Shown: positions 27,901 to 41,258 of the stretch, in pieces
Numbering within the stretch: the first letter of the stretch is position 1
Layout: the number at the start of each line of letters is the position of its first letter
From: Octopus vulgaris
Lineage: Eukaryota
Direction of reading: 5' to 3'
DNA length: 64,000 nt
NCBI GenBank assembly: GCA_951406725.2
Contig: OX597828.1
Location: 4,650,001 to 4,714,000, forward strand
Position numbers and translations under genes: made by a program
Notes under the pieces: generated by a model
Database searches by the model: none
What the model was told of the DNA's origin: nothing
Seen by the model: the letters and a program-made list of their open reading frames with translations, nothing else

Positions 27901-29420
27901 GAAAAGAAAAGACAGACATTTCTTGCCAACTTTTTAACACTCGGGAGAAAGAGGATCAAACCAAATTAGATTCCTGTGCCTATTTATAGATTTAGTTATA
28001 TGATTTATATTTTTACTCTATGGGTTGTAATATACTTTGCCTTTAAAGTCACTTTTCAGCCACTGTTAGCTTGGACATTTTTATAGTAGAGAGCTGACTT
28101 ATTAATTTATTTAGAAGAGAGATCGAATATCCTTTTACTAACGATAGCTATGAGATTTTTAAAACAATTTTTAAAATTAGTAGTTTTAAAATTCGTCGCT
28201 ATTTCCACAAAAGTATAGCTGACAGTGTCTTTCAATTATTTCTTTGTATAAATCCATCTTAGACTCTACTTAAATGAGCCGAGGTAGCCTCCAATTTATG
28301 TTTGTTTTTAAGTATAATTTATTATAAGTATATACAATAAATGAAATAGTTACTCATATTTGCGGTATGTGCAAGTGGCCTGGTTACCTATATGTATGTG
28401 AAAAGTATTATCATACTTACCAGTCATTTTTAATTTACTACTACAGTAAATTAGTTTTCTGTTAAGTTCAAATTACTGAAATACTACATGGTTTTATCAA
28501 ACTTCTTGTTTCTGTTTGAGTTTTCTCTCTCTATAATTTTCTAAAATAGCGTTTATCTAGATCTTGTTTTGTAACTCGTGAAATGTATCAAAATAGAAAT
28601 ATATATGTATAGAGTGGTAAAATTACATATCTTCCAGTTTCACAAATGTCTTTACAGTGAACAAAAACAATCGTTATTTTATAATCCATAATAGTTTAAA
28701 ATTTATCACCTGATTTACGAGATTTGAAAAAACATGGAATGCTCTGGTTTCTGTCCTACTTGATTCTATAATTTTATTACTATCTCTTGGAGAAAGAATT
28801 ATTGTTTCTCTGAGGAAATTTAAATACCAAATTCAGAATATTCTCTAAAGACATGTAATCAGTAGATTAAGATATTGACGATGTATGAAATTCAATTTAA
28901 TTATCATGAAGAAGATTTGAAAACAGAGATAAGCAGCAGAAGAGATCATAAATGTGGATGGCTTTGTGAGTATTAAGAAATATTGGATTACATCTTAGCA
29001 AAGAGCGCATGTTTCACTTGCAGTCAATAGCATTAGGATTGTATAAGGTTTAAACTGATGGCTGGTTTAATGAATCTAATCTCAACTGAAATGGTTTTCC
29101 CATGCTATTTGTATTCATACGGAAAGTTACTATCGTTATTTGATATATCTTTAGAACATGTTTAAGTATAATTCTTTCTGTTATTCAAATTGTTTTCTGT
29201 TTCAAAACAACATTTTTACACGTGAATGAACACGTTTATACACACGGGAGCACACAACAGATGATAAAATAAAGCCAAACACATACAGTGTCACTTATAT
29301 GCGCATGCAGATGCTTAACTAAAAAAACGCCCACATACACAGATTTATAATTAGAGGTTTGTCTTACCAGACATCTCTCACTCATGATCTTCCTAATCTC
29401 TTGCTCTCACCCATTCTTTA

Positions 29421-29489
<69 letters not shown>

Positions 29490-29899
29490 TTGCATGTGTG
29501 TGTATCTACTACGTATGCGGAAAATTCTGTCTGTGGGTGTATGTGGAGTCGCTAGCTAACTTCTCCTACATCATTTTATAGATTTTCAAGAAACTTGACA
29601 AGTGCGTAGAACGCATGTCTGCAAACGTCATGGCATACTCAGATAGTTGAAAAAATTGATAATAGAGCCCTGAATGGATCCTTATATATATCTACTATAT
29701 TTCATTTTAACAGCCAAGAAAAATAACGCATTCGCCCAGATTTTAACAGGCAGAGGGAATAAACCATTTATTTTCCTAAATCATTTGCTATAAATAAAAT
29801 TGAGTATACTTATTTCTTAGTATTTGAAATATTAGAGTTATTTTCCCAATTTATCCAGTATAATCTTTAAGCAAGTAAATACTACGCCATATACCCGTG

Positions 29900-30330
29900 G
29901 GGAATTATGGAGTGAATTTTAGGGCTTATAAATCTAACATCTTCCTATCCTTTCTTTATACCGGTACCCATATGCTATTCATATCTACACTCAGTCTGCT
30001 TAGGAGGTTGTTGTGTCCTAGCATATGTGCTGCTTCTTTTAGTTTTCGTATTTTCCAGTGGTGTTCTCTATCTATTATTTTAACTTCATCCCATAGGGGG
30101 AGGTGGTCTCCATTTTTCCATACATGATCGGCTATACCCCATTTATCAATATCTCCTCGTGTCACAGCTTTGCAATGTTCGTCTACCCTTATTTTGAGGG
30201 GTAAGCATGTTTCGCCTTTGTACAACCTACCACAGCCGCATGGGATAGACTACACGCGGTTTTTGGTCATATTCTCTTTTATAGGTGGTTTTAACCGAAG
30301 GGGATATTTGCGAAACCACAACACCGCACC
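29900..30330 (-). mobile_element. Penelope/Poseidon-type GIY-YIG endonuclease fragment
   Basis: VVYSIPCGCGRLYKGET...RVDEH...IADH...W..VKII..E....RKLKEA. Confidence 0.85.
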
Positions 30331-30379
30331 AATGGTGTGGTGTGGCGGTTTGGGGATGTGGGGATGTGAGTTACTTGTA

Positions 30380-30545
30380 GGCGCAAAAGTGACTGTGTGG
30401 TAAGTAGCTTGCTTACCAACCACATGGTTCCGGTTTCAGTCTCATTGCGTGGCACCTTGGCCAAGTGTCTTCTACTCTAGCCTCGAACCTACCTAGGCTT
30501 TGTGAGTAGATTTTGGTAGGCGGAAACTGAAAGAAACCCGTCGTA
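30380..30545 (+). mobile_element. Family A SINE head
   Basis: Close match to 11212. Confidence 0.85.
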
Positions 30546-30547
30546 TA

Positions 30548-30584
<37 letters not shown>

Positions 30585-30611
30585 GGAAAGAAACCCGTCG
30601 TATATATATTT

Positions 30612-31510
30612 ATGTGGAGGAATTCTAGGTAGCTCAAGAAAATTAAGGGATGGGTAATGGACAGCTTGATTTTCATCAAGAACTGAATCAACTGATTTGC
30701 ATTTCTTAATGACTGTTGTAATCTTATTCATCAATTTATGGTTAATCCTTGCTACTGTCTCTCATTTTTGGAGTAAGTATTGCCCTTTCACACAACCATT
30801 TATGTGAATTATAATTATTACTTAAGTCTGGCAATATCCTGTTCAGCTGGGGAATTCCCCATGATAGCAATATGAGCCAAACTGATATCACCATTCCCAT
30901 CAAATGGTACTTTCCCATTTCCTAAGTGGAGAATTCAGGATGGAAACCGTTTTGCACATTGGTCGGCATGCAATGAAGCTCATACTTTTGTATTGACGGA
31001 AAATTTAAGTACTTTATTCCATAGGTGTGAAGAGTTAATGCATGCTTTTATTTCATCAGATCTTGTTCGTCTCAGAATGACTGGTCATCTCTGTCTGAAG
31101 TCTCCTGATATAGCTAATGTAACTCCTCTCATAAATTTATTGCTGCTTCTGATGTCCTTTAAGGTCTTACGAAGAGCTTCCATTGCACCTCTATGTGACA
31201 TGAATTTTCTTTTTACCGTACAAATCATCCCAAATGGTAAGGTGGTATTTGCACAACACTTCTGCCGAACCTGAATCTTTGCTTATGTTACAAACTGGAC
31301 TGTCACTTGTGACCATGTTTAGTGGTAACTCAAAATCAGAATAAGCTGCTTGTCCTCCTGGGAGATGGTGGCAGCAAAACTAGACAATGGTACAGCGACT
31401 AGAATTCTTTTTTGTTGCCTTACTTTCGAGAGAAGCAACGTTATAAATGTTTTACCTCTGCCACCAGGAGCATCAAGAAAGAAGATTCCTCTGCTTTTTT
31501 TCTGACTATT
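30612..31510 (-). mobile_element. Helitron Pif1-like helicase relic
   Basis: FFLDAPGGRGKTF, IWD..MSHRGAMEAL, SGDFRQ, SVDSVLDENQAVHYP, IPPH motifs. Confidence 0.85.
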
Positions 31511-31726
31511 GTGGAATACGCGCGTGCACACACACAGATACAAATATATACAGTATCAAACACCAGAAGAAATGGTTGTGTGTGTGTATATTTGTGTGTG
31601 AAAAAGAGAGCGAGTGACGGGGTGTGCTGTCAGTTATACGTACATACATAAATAGGCATACATATTTTTTGTATATATGTGGGAGTGGCTGTGTGTGAGA
31701 GAGAGATAGAGAGTGCCACTTAGATA

Positions 31727-31764
<38 letters not shown>

Positions 31765-32506
31765 ACATACAAAAAAGATGTATGCATATGTATTTATGTA
31801 TGTACATATAAATGACAACACTCCCCTTCACTCACTGTCACGCAGAGTCACACACATATACATAAATGTATACAAACGTAATGTGTGACTGACTACAAAT
31901 ACATAGAGCTGAAGACGGCGTGAAAAAGAAAATAAATAAAAACATTTTACCTAAATTAACGACGTGTGCGAGTTCCAGCAAAATAATACCCATATTTTTG
32001 GGACGCCCCATGTTGAATTGCAAAATTTTAACGTGATATTTGTGTAATGAAGTAATTAAACCTGGTGTGTGTGTGTGTATGTGTGTATGTGAGAGTGAGA
32101 GAGAGACAGACAGACAGACAGACAGAGCGATGGATAGATAAACAGATAGATTGATAAATATATATAGATAGATAGATAGACAGAGAGAGAGAGAGACCAT
32201 TGCAATTAAAAAATCGTATAAATAAAAACACGTTAAAGACTATCTTGTACTGAATATCTAAATTTGTGAACTTCGTAAATATTTGTTCCAGTAATTTATC
32301 GTAGTTGTTTACAAATAGCGAATTAAAACTTGAAATGAAAACATTAATATTAGACAGGGCCAGACTTCGTTTTGTTTTACGTCGGTACCGGAAGTTGACC
32401 CAGAGAAACCTTTTTAAAGAAATTAATCTAATCAAATAATATATTATGGAGCATTTAAAAATATTTTAATGAAAAAAATCATATATATATATATATATGT
32501 ATATAA

Positions 32507-32543
<37 letters not shown>

Positions 32544-32547
<4 letters not shown>

Positions 32548-32730
32548 TGTGTGTCTGTGTTTGTCATCCCACCATCTCTTGACAACCGATATTGGTGTGT
32601 TTACGTCCCCGTAACCTAGCGATAAAATAAGTACTAGGCTGACAAAGAATAAGTCATGTGGTCGATTTGTTCGACTAAATGCGGTGCAGCATCATGGCCG
32701 CAGTCAAATGACTGAAACAAATAAAAGAAT
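32544..32730 (+). mobile_element. Family A SINE 3' part
   Basis: Match to 22010-22190. Confidence 0.8.
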
Positions 32731-35700
32731 ATATATATATATGTGGGGGGAGGCGTGTGTGTGTGTATACGTACACTCATCTATATATAAATAAACATAT
32801 TTTGTGTATGTGTATATGCCGTGTCGTGTGGTGTGTGTGAGTTTGTGTCTGTATTTGTCTGCTTATGTGAAGTTGGGCCGAATTACAATACATGACTGTA
32901 ACAAGAAACATCCTCTCGGAACCTGGTACAATTAATTTTTCTTTTATTGCGGTATTTTAGCGTATTCTGGTCTGTGATATGTTACAATATGATTCTATAT
33001 ACAGCAATCATTAATTATATTCAAATATTATCAATTCTTGTGTGAAAAGGGATACCACATCCCCACTTTCAAAGTTCGTCATTATGCAAGTCGCAGAATT
33101 GTTTCTACGCCTTCTTTCTTGATGAACTTGAGATGTTAGGGTCATGAAATAGATTTGTATCTCTAACTTCATGCTATATTAATGTTGCTTTTGTTCATTA
33201 TTAGTCAAAGTCATCGTTACCTGATGGTCTAACATAATTAATATGGCTTCGTTTTCGCCAAAGGAAATTTCATACATTAACGTCACTTTTTCTGACGAAG
33301 AATACATTAATCTCTTTCTCCAGGTTCATGGATCTTGTCTTGGATAGTCTTATATGAATAATTCAAATCGTTTCTTTCTTTTGTTTCAATAAGCAATACA
33401 TTTTCATATCGATATATTTCCGTCATTTACAAGCAACTTCAAAACTTATCATCACTAAATGATCTTAATAACTAAAATTGTACTTGTTTCTTTACCTTTC
33501 CGTACCAGTGAATGTGCAGACGTGGATATAATTAGCTTCGTATCGAATTTTCCTTATCAATGTATACTTATATATCTGCAGGTGAACAACATTCAAATTC
33601 TTCTTTGAAACATGGAATTGACTGCTGATATGAATATGTAGCAAGTTCTTTAGAAACAGACGGAAGTGTGTTAATACATTTACTATAATGCTGAAGAGAA
33701 TTCTTTAAATAGCTAAGTGAAACATGCTTTTAGAGATTATGATGAAGACATTAAGAAGATATCACAGCAAATATGACTAAACGTAACTATATATAAATCT
33801 AAACATTTAACTATTAAAATATTTAAACTGAATTGCCATACACATATGCACACATATATTTAAACAACTTCATACGTCCACAGATATAAGCACATATATA
33901 CATACACGCACACACACATATGTATATATTAATATATATATATGTCTATACACATATATACATATATTTGTACATATACAAATATATGCATATAAACATG
34001 CATCCTTGTACGCTCATATATGTATGGAGAGTTAAATGTACACACACACACACATATATATATATACGTGTATGTATATATATGCATGTCTGTATGTATA
34101 TCATTATTCAGTTTAATTCAAAATTTCTTGGTAACTGAGAAGGAACCGGTTTGTAACCTCGATCCAAATCTACTTCATTGGAATTGCAATATCAACAACA
34201 GGATATTTTTCTATATATGCATGCATGTATTTTTGTGCGTGTGTGTCTGTGCGTGTGTGTGTCTGTGTGTATGTGTATTCACACATATTTGACTACGTGC
34301 TTAAATATGTTAAAGCGAAACATGAATTTTCTTTTTACCGTACAAATCATATGGAAGGCTTTATTTTGAAAGTGTAGTTACATTGATATACATGGGATAC
34401 TTGTAAATATTCATTGCAGATTATGCTGCGGTTTGAAAATAAATGAATATATTAATTTACAAATTTGAACATACAATTTTTTTGAAACCGTGGTGATGAG
34501 AGATACATAATTACAATTCCAAAAATCGGAAGCAATTACTTTTTTAAAAAATGTGAAAAATTATGTTTTCACACACAAAAACACATGAAAAATAAGTTGA
34601 CAAAAAGGAAATTATAACATTAAAAAATAATAAAAAGAAAACAATTTCCTTTCATGAGAATTTTTATTATTTATTTATGAATTTAATTCGATTTTGCATT
34701 TATATTAAATTTTTGTCTTTTCAATGAAACGTGTTTAAAAGAAAATAGTTTTTGGGTTAATTAACATTATTTCGATAAGCAGATGTTTTGACTTCAGTTT
34801 TATCAGCATTCTTCTGATATAGAAATATGTGATAGCTCCAAAAGCACTGCGTAGCATCCAGTTATATTCTACTTTTTCCCTTCACTTCACATTTTATTAA
34901 TCAGTTTTTTTCATGTTTCCTTTTAAGTTTTCAATTGCAAATGTGTTTCATTTTTCTATATTTACTCTGTAATTTTATTTTATGTTATAAATTTGCTTTC
35001 ATTTTTATGTTACAATTCTGCGTTACTGAGATTTTTCCTGAAAATCACATTTTTCTCATTTTTCACTGTTAATAAATGTATCAACGTAATCATAATTCTA
35101 AATCTTTCATTTTACTATATATGCACATACATACGTACATACATACATACATACATGCATGCATAATTACGTACATACATAGATACGTACACACAAACAC
35201 ACATACACACGCACACACATATATACGCACACACACATATGTCTTTGCTTCTACTGTTGTAAGAAATATGAATGATTAAGCGCCTGCCACAGTCTACAAC
35301 ACATTTCCTATCAATGATAGGAACTCGTGATGAATGACTATATTTTTATCATCATATGCATGTATGTAAGGGCTTTTTCCTGATATCACTTTTCTGTAAA
35401 GCATTTTAGTATGTTACACGATGGTGCATCTCTATTAAATAACGATTTCATTGACGTATCTTCAGAAAACTTCTCTGATGTTGACGGTTAAACATTAGGC
35501 TAATTATCAGGTAATAATATTGATGGTTTATGCAGAAGTGTACGAACGGAAAAGCAGAAACCAAGTCCTGATTGTAGTTAATATTTCTACAGTTGGTTGC
35601 AGCACACTCAATGGGAAATAATTAGAAAAATGAATAAGCAACTTAACTCTAGCATTAAATGTACCCTTTAGTAGGATTAAGTTCTTCACAAGAGAAAGTT

Positions 35701-36719
35701 TATAATGATAGTCAACGTAGAGGAAATCTTAATTTCCAATTTTTAATATGAAGGAGGGAAATTCGTTTTTATTAAAGCGCTTTCTTGTCATTCAGTGCAA
35801 AGATTATTTTTTGCTGCTGAAGAAGTTTAAAAAAGAAGGAAATGACGGTTCATTAGGTAGAGAAATATATTTAATCACCGACATCACATTAAACGTTTAT
35901 TATAGTTTATGAGTATGTGTATGCATGTGTATATCCCCTTAGGTTTGAATTTTCCTGACGGTGGAAATATTTTAAGGATGCGGTACGCAGTTTTAGTTTA
36001 AGCTCTTATTTTAAGTGAGAGATCTATCCATGCTGTGAGGACTGATTTACTGACAAAATTACTCAAAGATAAATTGCAATGTAACTTTCTATGCGACACA
36101 AGACAAGTTAATTGATTAACTTCTGGGAGCACAATATCAGGCATTCAATAAAAGTGCTGATCAGCTTAATGGTTTCAATATATATATTACTACACTGCAG
36201 TCGATTATATTTTCTCAAATCATAAATGTTTTTTATACAAAGAAAACTACATACGTGCAAGAAACATCGAAACGTATACATATGTAAACGTACGTACCAA
36301 CACATATTCCATTCAGCCGTTTCTGTCCACACCTGCACTGTGCTGCTAGTATATCGTTGACGGTTGTCGCTTACTGGTCGAAACTGACGAAGGGCAGAAC
36401 AAACGATGTGCTGCTCTCGTTACGTGATTAGGCATGACAAACGACACCTAGGTGAAAGTTGCATCCGAAAACAAAAGGTAGGAGTGGATAATGTAAAATT
36501 TCTTGTCAAAATTCTGTCTAATCTGACAACCGAATGAACCTGGAAACGTAATTTATATATCGGTTGCAAAAAGAATGAAAGCTAAGGTTACATATACATA
36601 CATACATACATACATACATACATACATGCATACATACATACATAAATGCATACATACACACACATATATGTATGTATATATGTATGTATATATAACCTTC
36701 AGTTAAAAGATAGATTTTA

Positions 36720-38500
36720 CGGATGCTCTAAGGGAATCGTCAGTGATATTTTTTGGTCTCAGCGAGTTGCGTATATTTCAGCAGATTCCCTCTCTCGTTT
36801 GACTCAGCTGGGGTTGGTCAAGTACTACCTTGCAGCTCAGTAGTAGCAGACCACATGTCGGCATTCTTTTTTGTCTAAGGCCACCTAGTGTCCTTCTCAG
36901 TATCTTCCTTTGATAGAACCTATAGCCCTCTTCTTTGATGTGGCAGCAAATACAAGCCCGATCAGATTTTTCAAGAATATTCGACCCACAAATTTCGACA
37001 GGTCGCTTCTATTGCCGCACATTGTGCTTGCCAGTCCTGATCTCTGCACTGCCTGGACAGCGTGTTATTGGTAGGATGCCAATGTGAAACTGTGTAAACA
37101 AGGCGTGATGGTCGTAGAAGTGTCAATGAATTGGATTTCTTTACGGGTCTGAGAAAATTGATGACTTCCTTCCTGGAGTGGTATTTATTAGGCTAAATAG
37201 CTGCTGATATCACGTATGCAACTACCCAAATAAGTGACCTTGAGTCCGGCGTTAGCAGCCCTCAGCTAAGTTATTAGGTCGGCTGCTGAGTAAATGTTGA
37301 AGGGATAAGACAGTGTTTCACTTCTGCCTGTAGGTGAACGTTCATTGACAGCTTAGATTAGAAATCTGATGCACTGGAAATCAGCCCTAACAGATGCAAC
37401 AACTTGATATTACGCTGCTGCACTTCGTCCCACCTATTCTAGTCTCCTTGTTGGCTAATACGCATAATTCGGCTATCCTTCAATTCGCACTCTTTTTAAT
37501 TATTTTTGTTTTTTCCTTTACACCAATCTGGTGGTTTGAAAAGTAGCCCAAAACTGATCGACCAATTACCTGAGTCGATATGAAAGGCGTCTGCTCAATC
37601 TTTCGTTGCCATCTGCATGAACTAAAATGCCAGCTACTGTTACTTCTGTGTCACTGCGATCTACGAACTGCATGGCCTGCCTTATTCTTGTCACTAGGAA
37701 CTCTTCTGAGAGGCCACTGAATTTTGCACATAAGGCGTTGGTAGACGATGATGTTGCTTAGGCACCTAAGTAGGTTAACACACCACCTCAATAGACGGCT
37801 GACACTCTTCTCCAAGGTTTCCATGTTTGACATACTGACGTCATATAATGACGGACCACAACATTCTGGGCAGGATCTCATGCTGGCATATCCAAGTTTT
37901 GAAGCGACCAGAAATCTAGATATGCCCAAATTAATAAACCATTTTCAAGGTTTTCATTGATTAAGCGGATGGAAAACATGTCCTTCAGTCTGATGTCAAA
38001 GCGTTTTATTAAACTTTTGATTAGTCGCTCTGTCAAGGCTGGAAGGTCCTCGACTTTGATGGGGTGAAGCTCATCCTCGCCCAAGAGATAAGCTACTCGA
38101 GTCTTTGAAAGATGCACTTGCCACTAGAAGCTGTTCACCTTGTTACAGTTAGGACTTCCATGAAGGCCCTTATTGGTGGCTATTACATGCTAGATTTCGT
38201 CTTGGAATCCTGAGACACCATCCCTAATTTCTTGATCATCAGTTTCTTTGTGATTACTAATAGAGTTAATGAGTTGATGCAGCGACTTAAGATAACCCAT
38301 TTCCAAACTCTGCCACTCGGATAATCTAGAATGAGTTCAGTGATCGTCTTAGGGACGTGATGGCTTGAAGCGCTTAAACTACGAAGATCTTCATTGTATA
38401 AAGGCCCAATTTATGACGCTTGCATCGGGCAGAGGTCTATCATAGTCGATTCCAATATTTCTCGAGTCACGTTTTAGATTAGAAAAGAGGAACACCGCTT
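36720..38500 (-). mobile_element. Decayed LINE RT region, probably RTE-like
   Basis: Higher GC; minus-strand fragments such as DAFHIDSG and LPALTERLIKSLIK resemble non-LTR RT; heavily disrupted. Confidence 0.45.
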
Positions 38501-38685
38501 ACATGATGGTGACTATAGTTTACAAATATCGTACCATGTGAAGACAGACACAAAAACACTCATTCGTTCACATATATGTAAAGACACATATGTACACACA
38601 CTCTGACTATATATTTATATATATCTCTATATACACCCATATATACATACATATATATGTATATATATATATAATAATAGAGCAG

Positions 38686-38934
38686 TTGTATACTGTCAAC
38701 GTAACGTGGCAGCCCCATAAAGAGAATCACCTCACTGCTATTTAGCCCCAGGAAGCATCTACGCTTCCTGTCGGCTTTGACACATTTCCCCTGTCCTTAT
38801 GTTTACAAGGGGCAGACAAGCACCTCCACCCAGCTAAGCCTGCATCCAGAGACATATTTCTGAGTCTTGCTCGTCATCAGTCTGGAGTAGCATGGCTTGC
38901 TAGTTGGAAATTCCTATCTCGCCCTTGTAAACAT
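38686..38934 (-). mobile_element. TA-flanked ~250-bp hammerhead-bearing element
   Basis: Internal 17-bp inverted repeat (tgtttacaaggggcaga / tctcgcccttgtaaaca) enclosing a hammerhead. Confidence 0.7.
38845..38886 (-). ncRNA. Minimal type I hammerhead ribozyme
   Basis: tccaga-CTGATGA-cgag-caaga-ctca-GAAA-tat-GTC-tctgga; 6-bp stem I; stem III nearly absent. Confidence 0.75.
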
Positions 38935-39024
38935 ATATAATTCCAGCGAAATTTTTTTGTATAATAATAAATAGATAGATATAGACATACTTACATATGT
39001 ATGTATATGTATACACACACGCAT

Positions 39025-39096
<72 letters not shown>

Positions 39097-39109
39097 CGTG
39101 TGTGTGTAT

Positions 39110-39437
39110 AGTGAAGGCTCGTGGCTTAATGGTTAATGCAATCGGCTCATGGTCATAAAGTCGTGATTTCAATGGCGGATGATGCGTTCTTTATTTCAGC
39201 AAGATACTCTATTTCATATTACCCCAGTCGACTCAGCTGGCAAGGATGAGTAGTACCTGTTGTCCAAACGGCCAGCCTTGTCACACTCTGTGTCACACTG
39301 CATATCCTTGAGAACTACGTCAAGGGTACACATGTCTGTAGAGTGCTCAGCCACTTCCACGTTAATTTCACGAGCAAGCTGCTGTTCCATTGATCGTATC
39401 AGATGGGATCCTCGTCGCCGTAGCAGACGGTGTGCTC

Positions 39438-39438
<1 letters not shown>
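39110..39438 (+). mobile_element. tRNA-derived SINE, family C
   Basis: Head gtggcttaatggttaa; central cagtcgactcagctg...atgagt; related to 47352. Confidence 0.7.
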
Positions 39439-39489
<51 letters not shown>

Positions 39490-39824
39490 TACCTTGCTTC
39501 AGTTCCTGTCTATCAAAAGTAATGGTTCTACCTAGGTATTAGATTATGTATGCATATATTTACGAACTATTTATTACGCAATTATTTACTATTAGCAGGC
39601 GGCTCTGCGGATCGAACAACTATGTACATATCGATACTGAGAACTATTTATATATTTTTTTGTAGTAAGACGAACAATTATACAAATATTATATACATAT
39701 GTGAAAGTGTTTATTTATGTATATATAATAGTATTTCATAAGCTGAGAGCTTATAGCGAACACCGCGCAATGACTGGAGAAAAATAGTCTAGTAATGGAA
39801 CATATAAGCCCTCGACAGTGTGTA

Positions 39825-39887
<63 letters not shown>

Positions 39888-39899
39888 GTGTGTGTGTGT

Positions 39900-40315
39900 G
39901 TCTTTTGATTTAATATTAGTGTTGCTTAATATATTTTGCTAAAATTGCGGGGTTTTTTTTCAAATATCATGAGAAAAAGGTAATTAAAATTCATTAAAAT
40001 GTTACATTTATCGACTCGTATGTAGGCGCTAGAGTAACGAAAACAGCCGAAATGTTTGGTGTATCAAGAAGTACTGTCTCGATAGTAATGTCAGCATTTG
40101 AGAAAGAAGGAAAAACCTCCTCATCGAAACAAAACTCCAGAAAAAAACCAAAACTTTCAGAGAGGGACTGTCGAACTCTTACGCGAATTGTTAGAGAGGA
40201 TCACAAAAATACAACTCCGGAAATTACTACAGAGCTTAATGACCACCTCGAGAAACCAGTCTCTACAAAAACTGTTCGCCGGGAGCTATACAAATTCAGA
40301 TTCACACGGGAGGGC
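39900..40315 (+). mobile_element. Tc1 5' fragment, same family as 16431
   Basis: Colinear with ~16525-16960. Confidence 0.85.
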
Positions 40316-40571
40316 TGGAAACCTTGGTGCTGACGGTGCAGAATTGCAGCTGGTGCCAAGGTGGTAGGTCCGGGTTGTATGTAAGTCACAGGCCTGAAAT
40401 TTGCCAGAAGGGCATACCTCTGGTGACAGCAATGCGGTGAATCATTAATCAATGAAATTCCAACGTTTTATTATTTGCAATTCTTACAATTTTGCAATAT
40501 TGAAATAAGCTAGTACTTTCTTGCATTACGCAGTCACAAAGTTTATGGAGTTACAGTCCTGTTCCACAATT

Positions 40572-41258
<687 letters not shown>

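Noticed and set aside
38734-38746. ctgctatttag as another instance of the shared motif
   Set aside because: Opposite strand to that element's hammerhead and only a partial match
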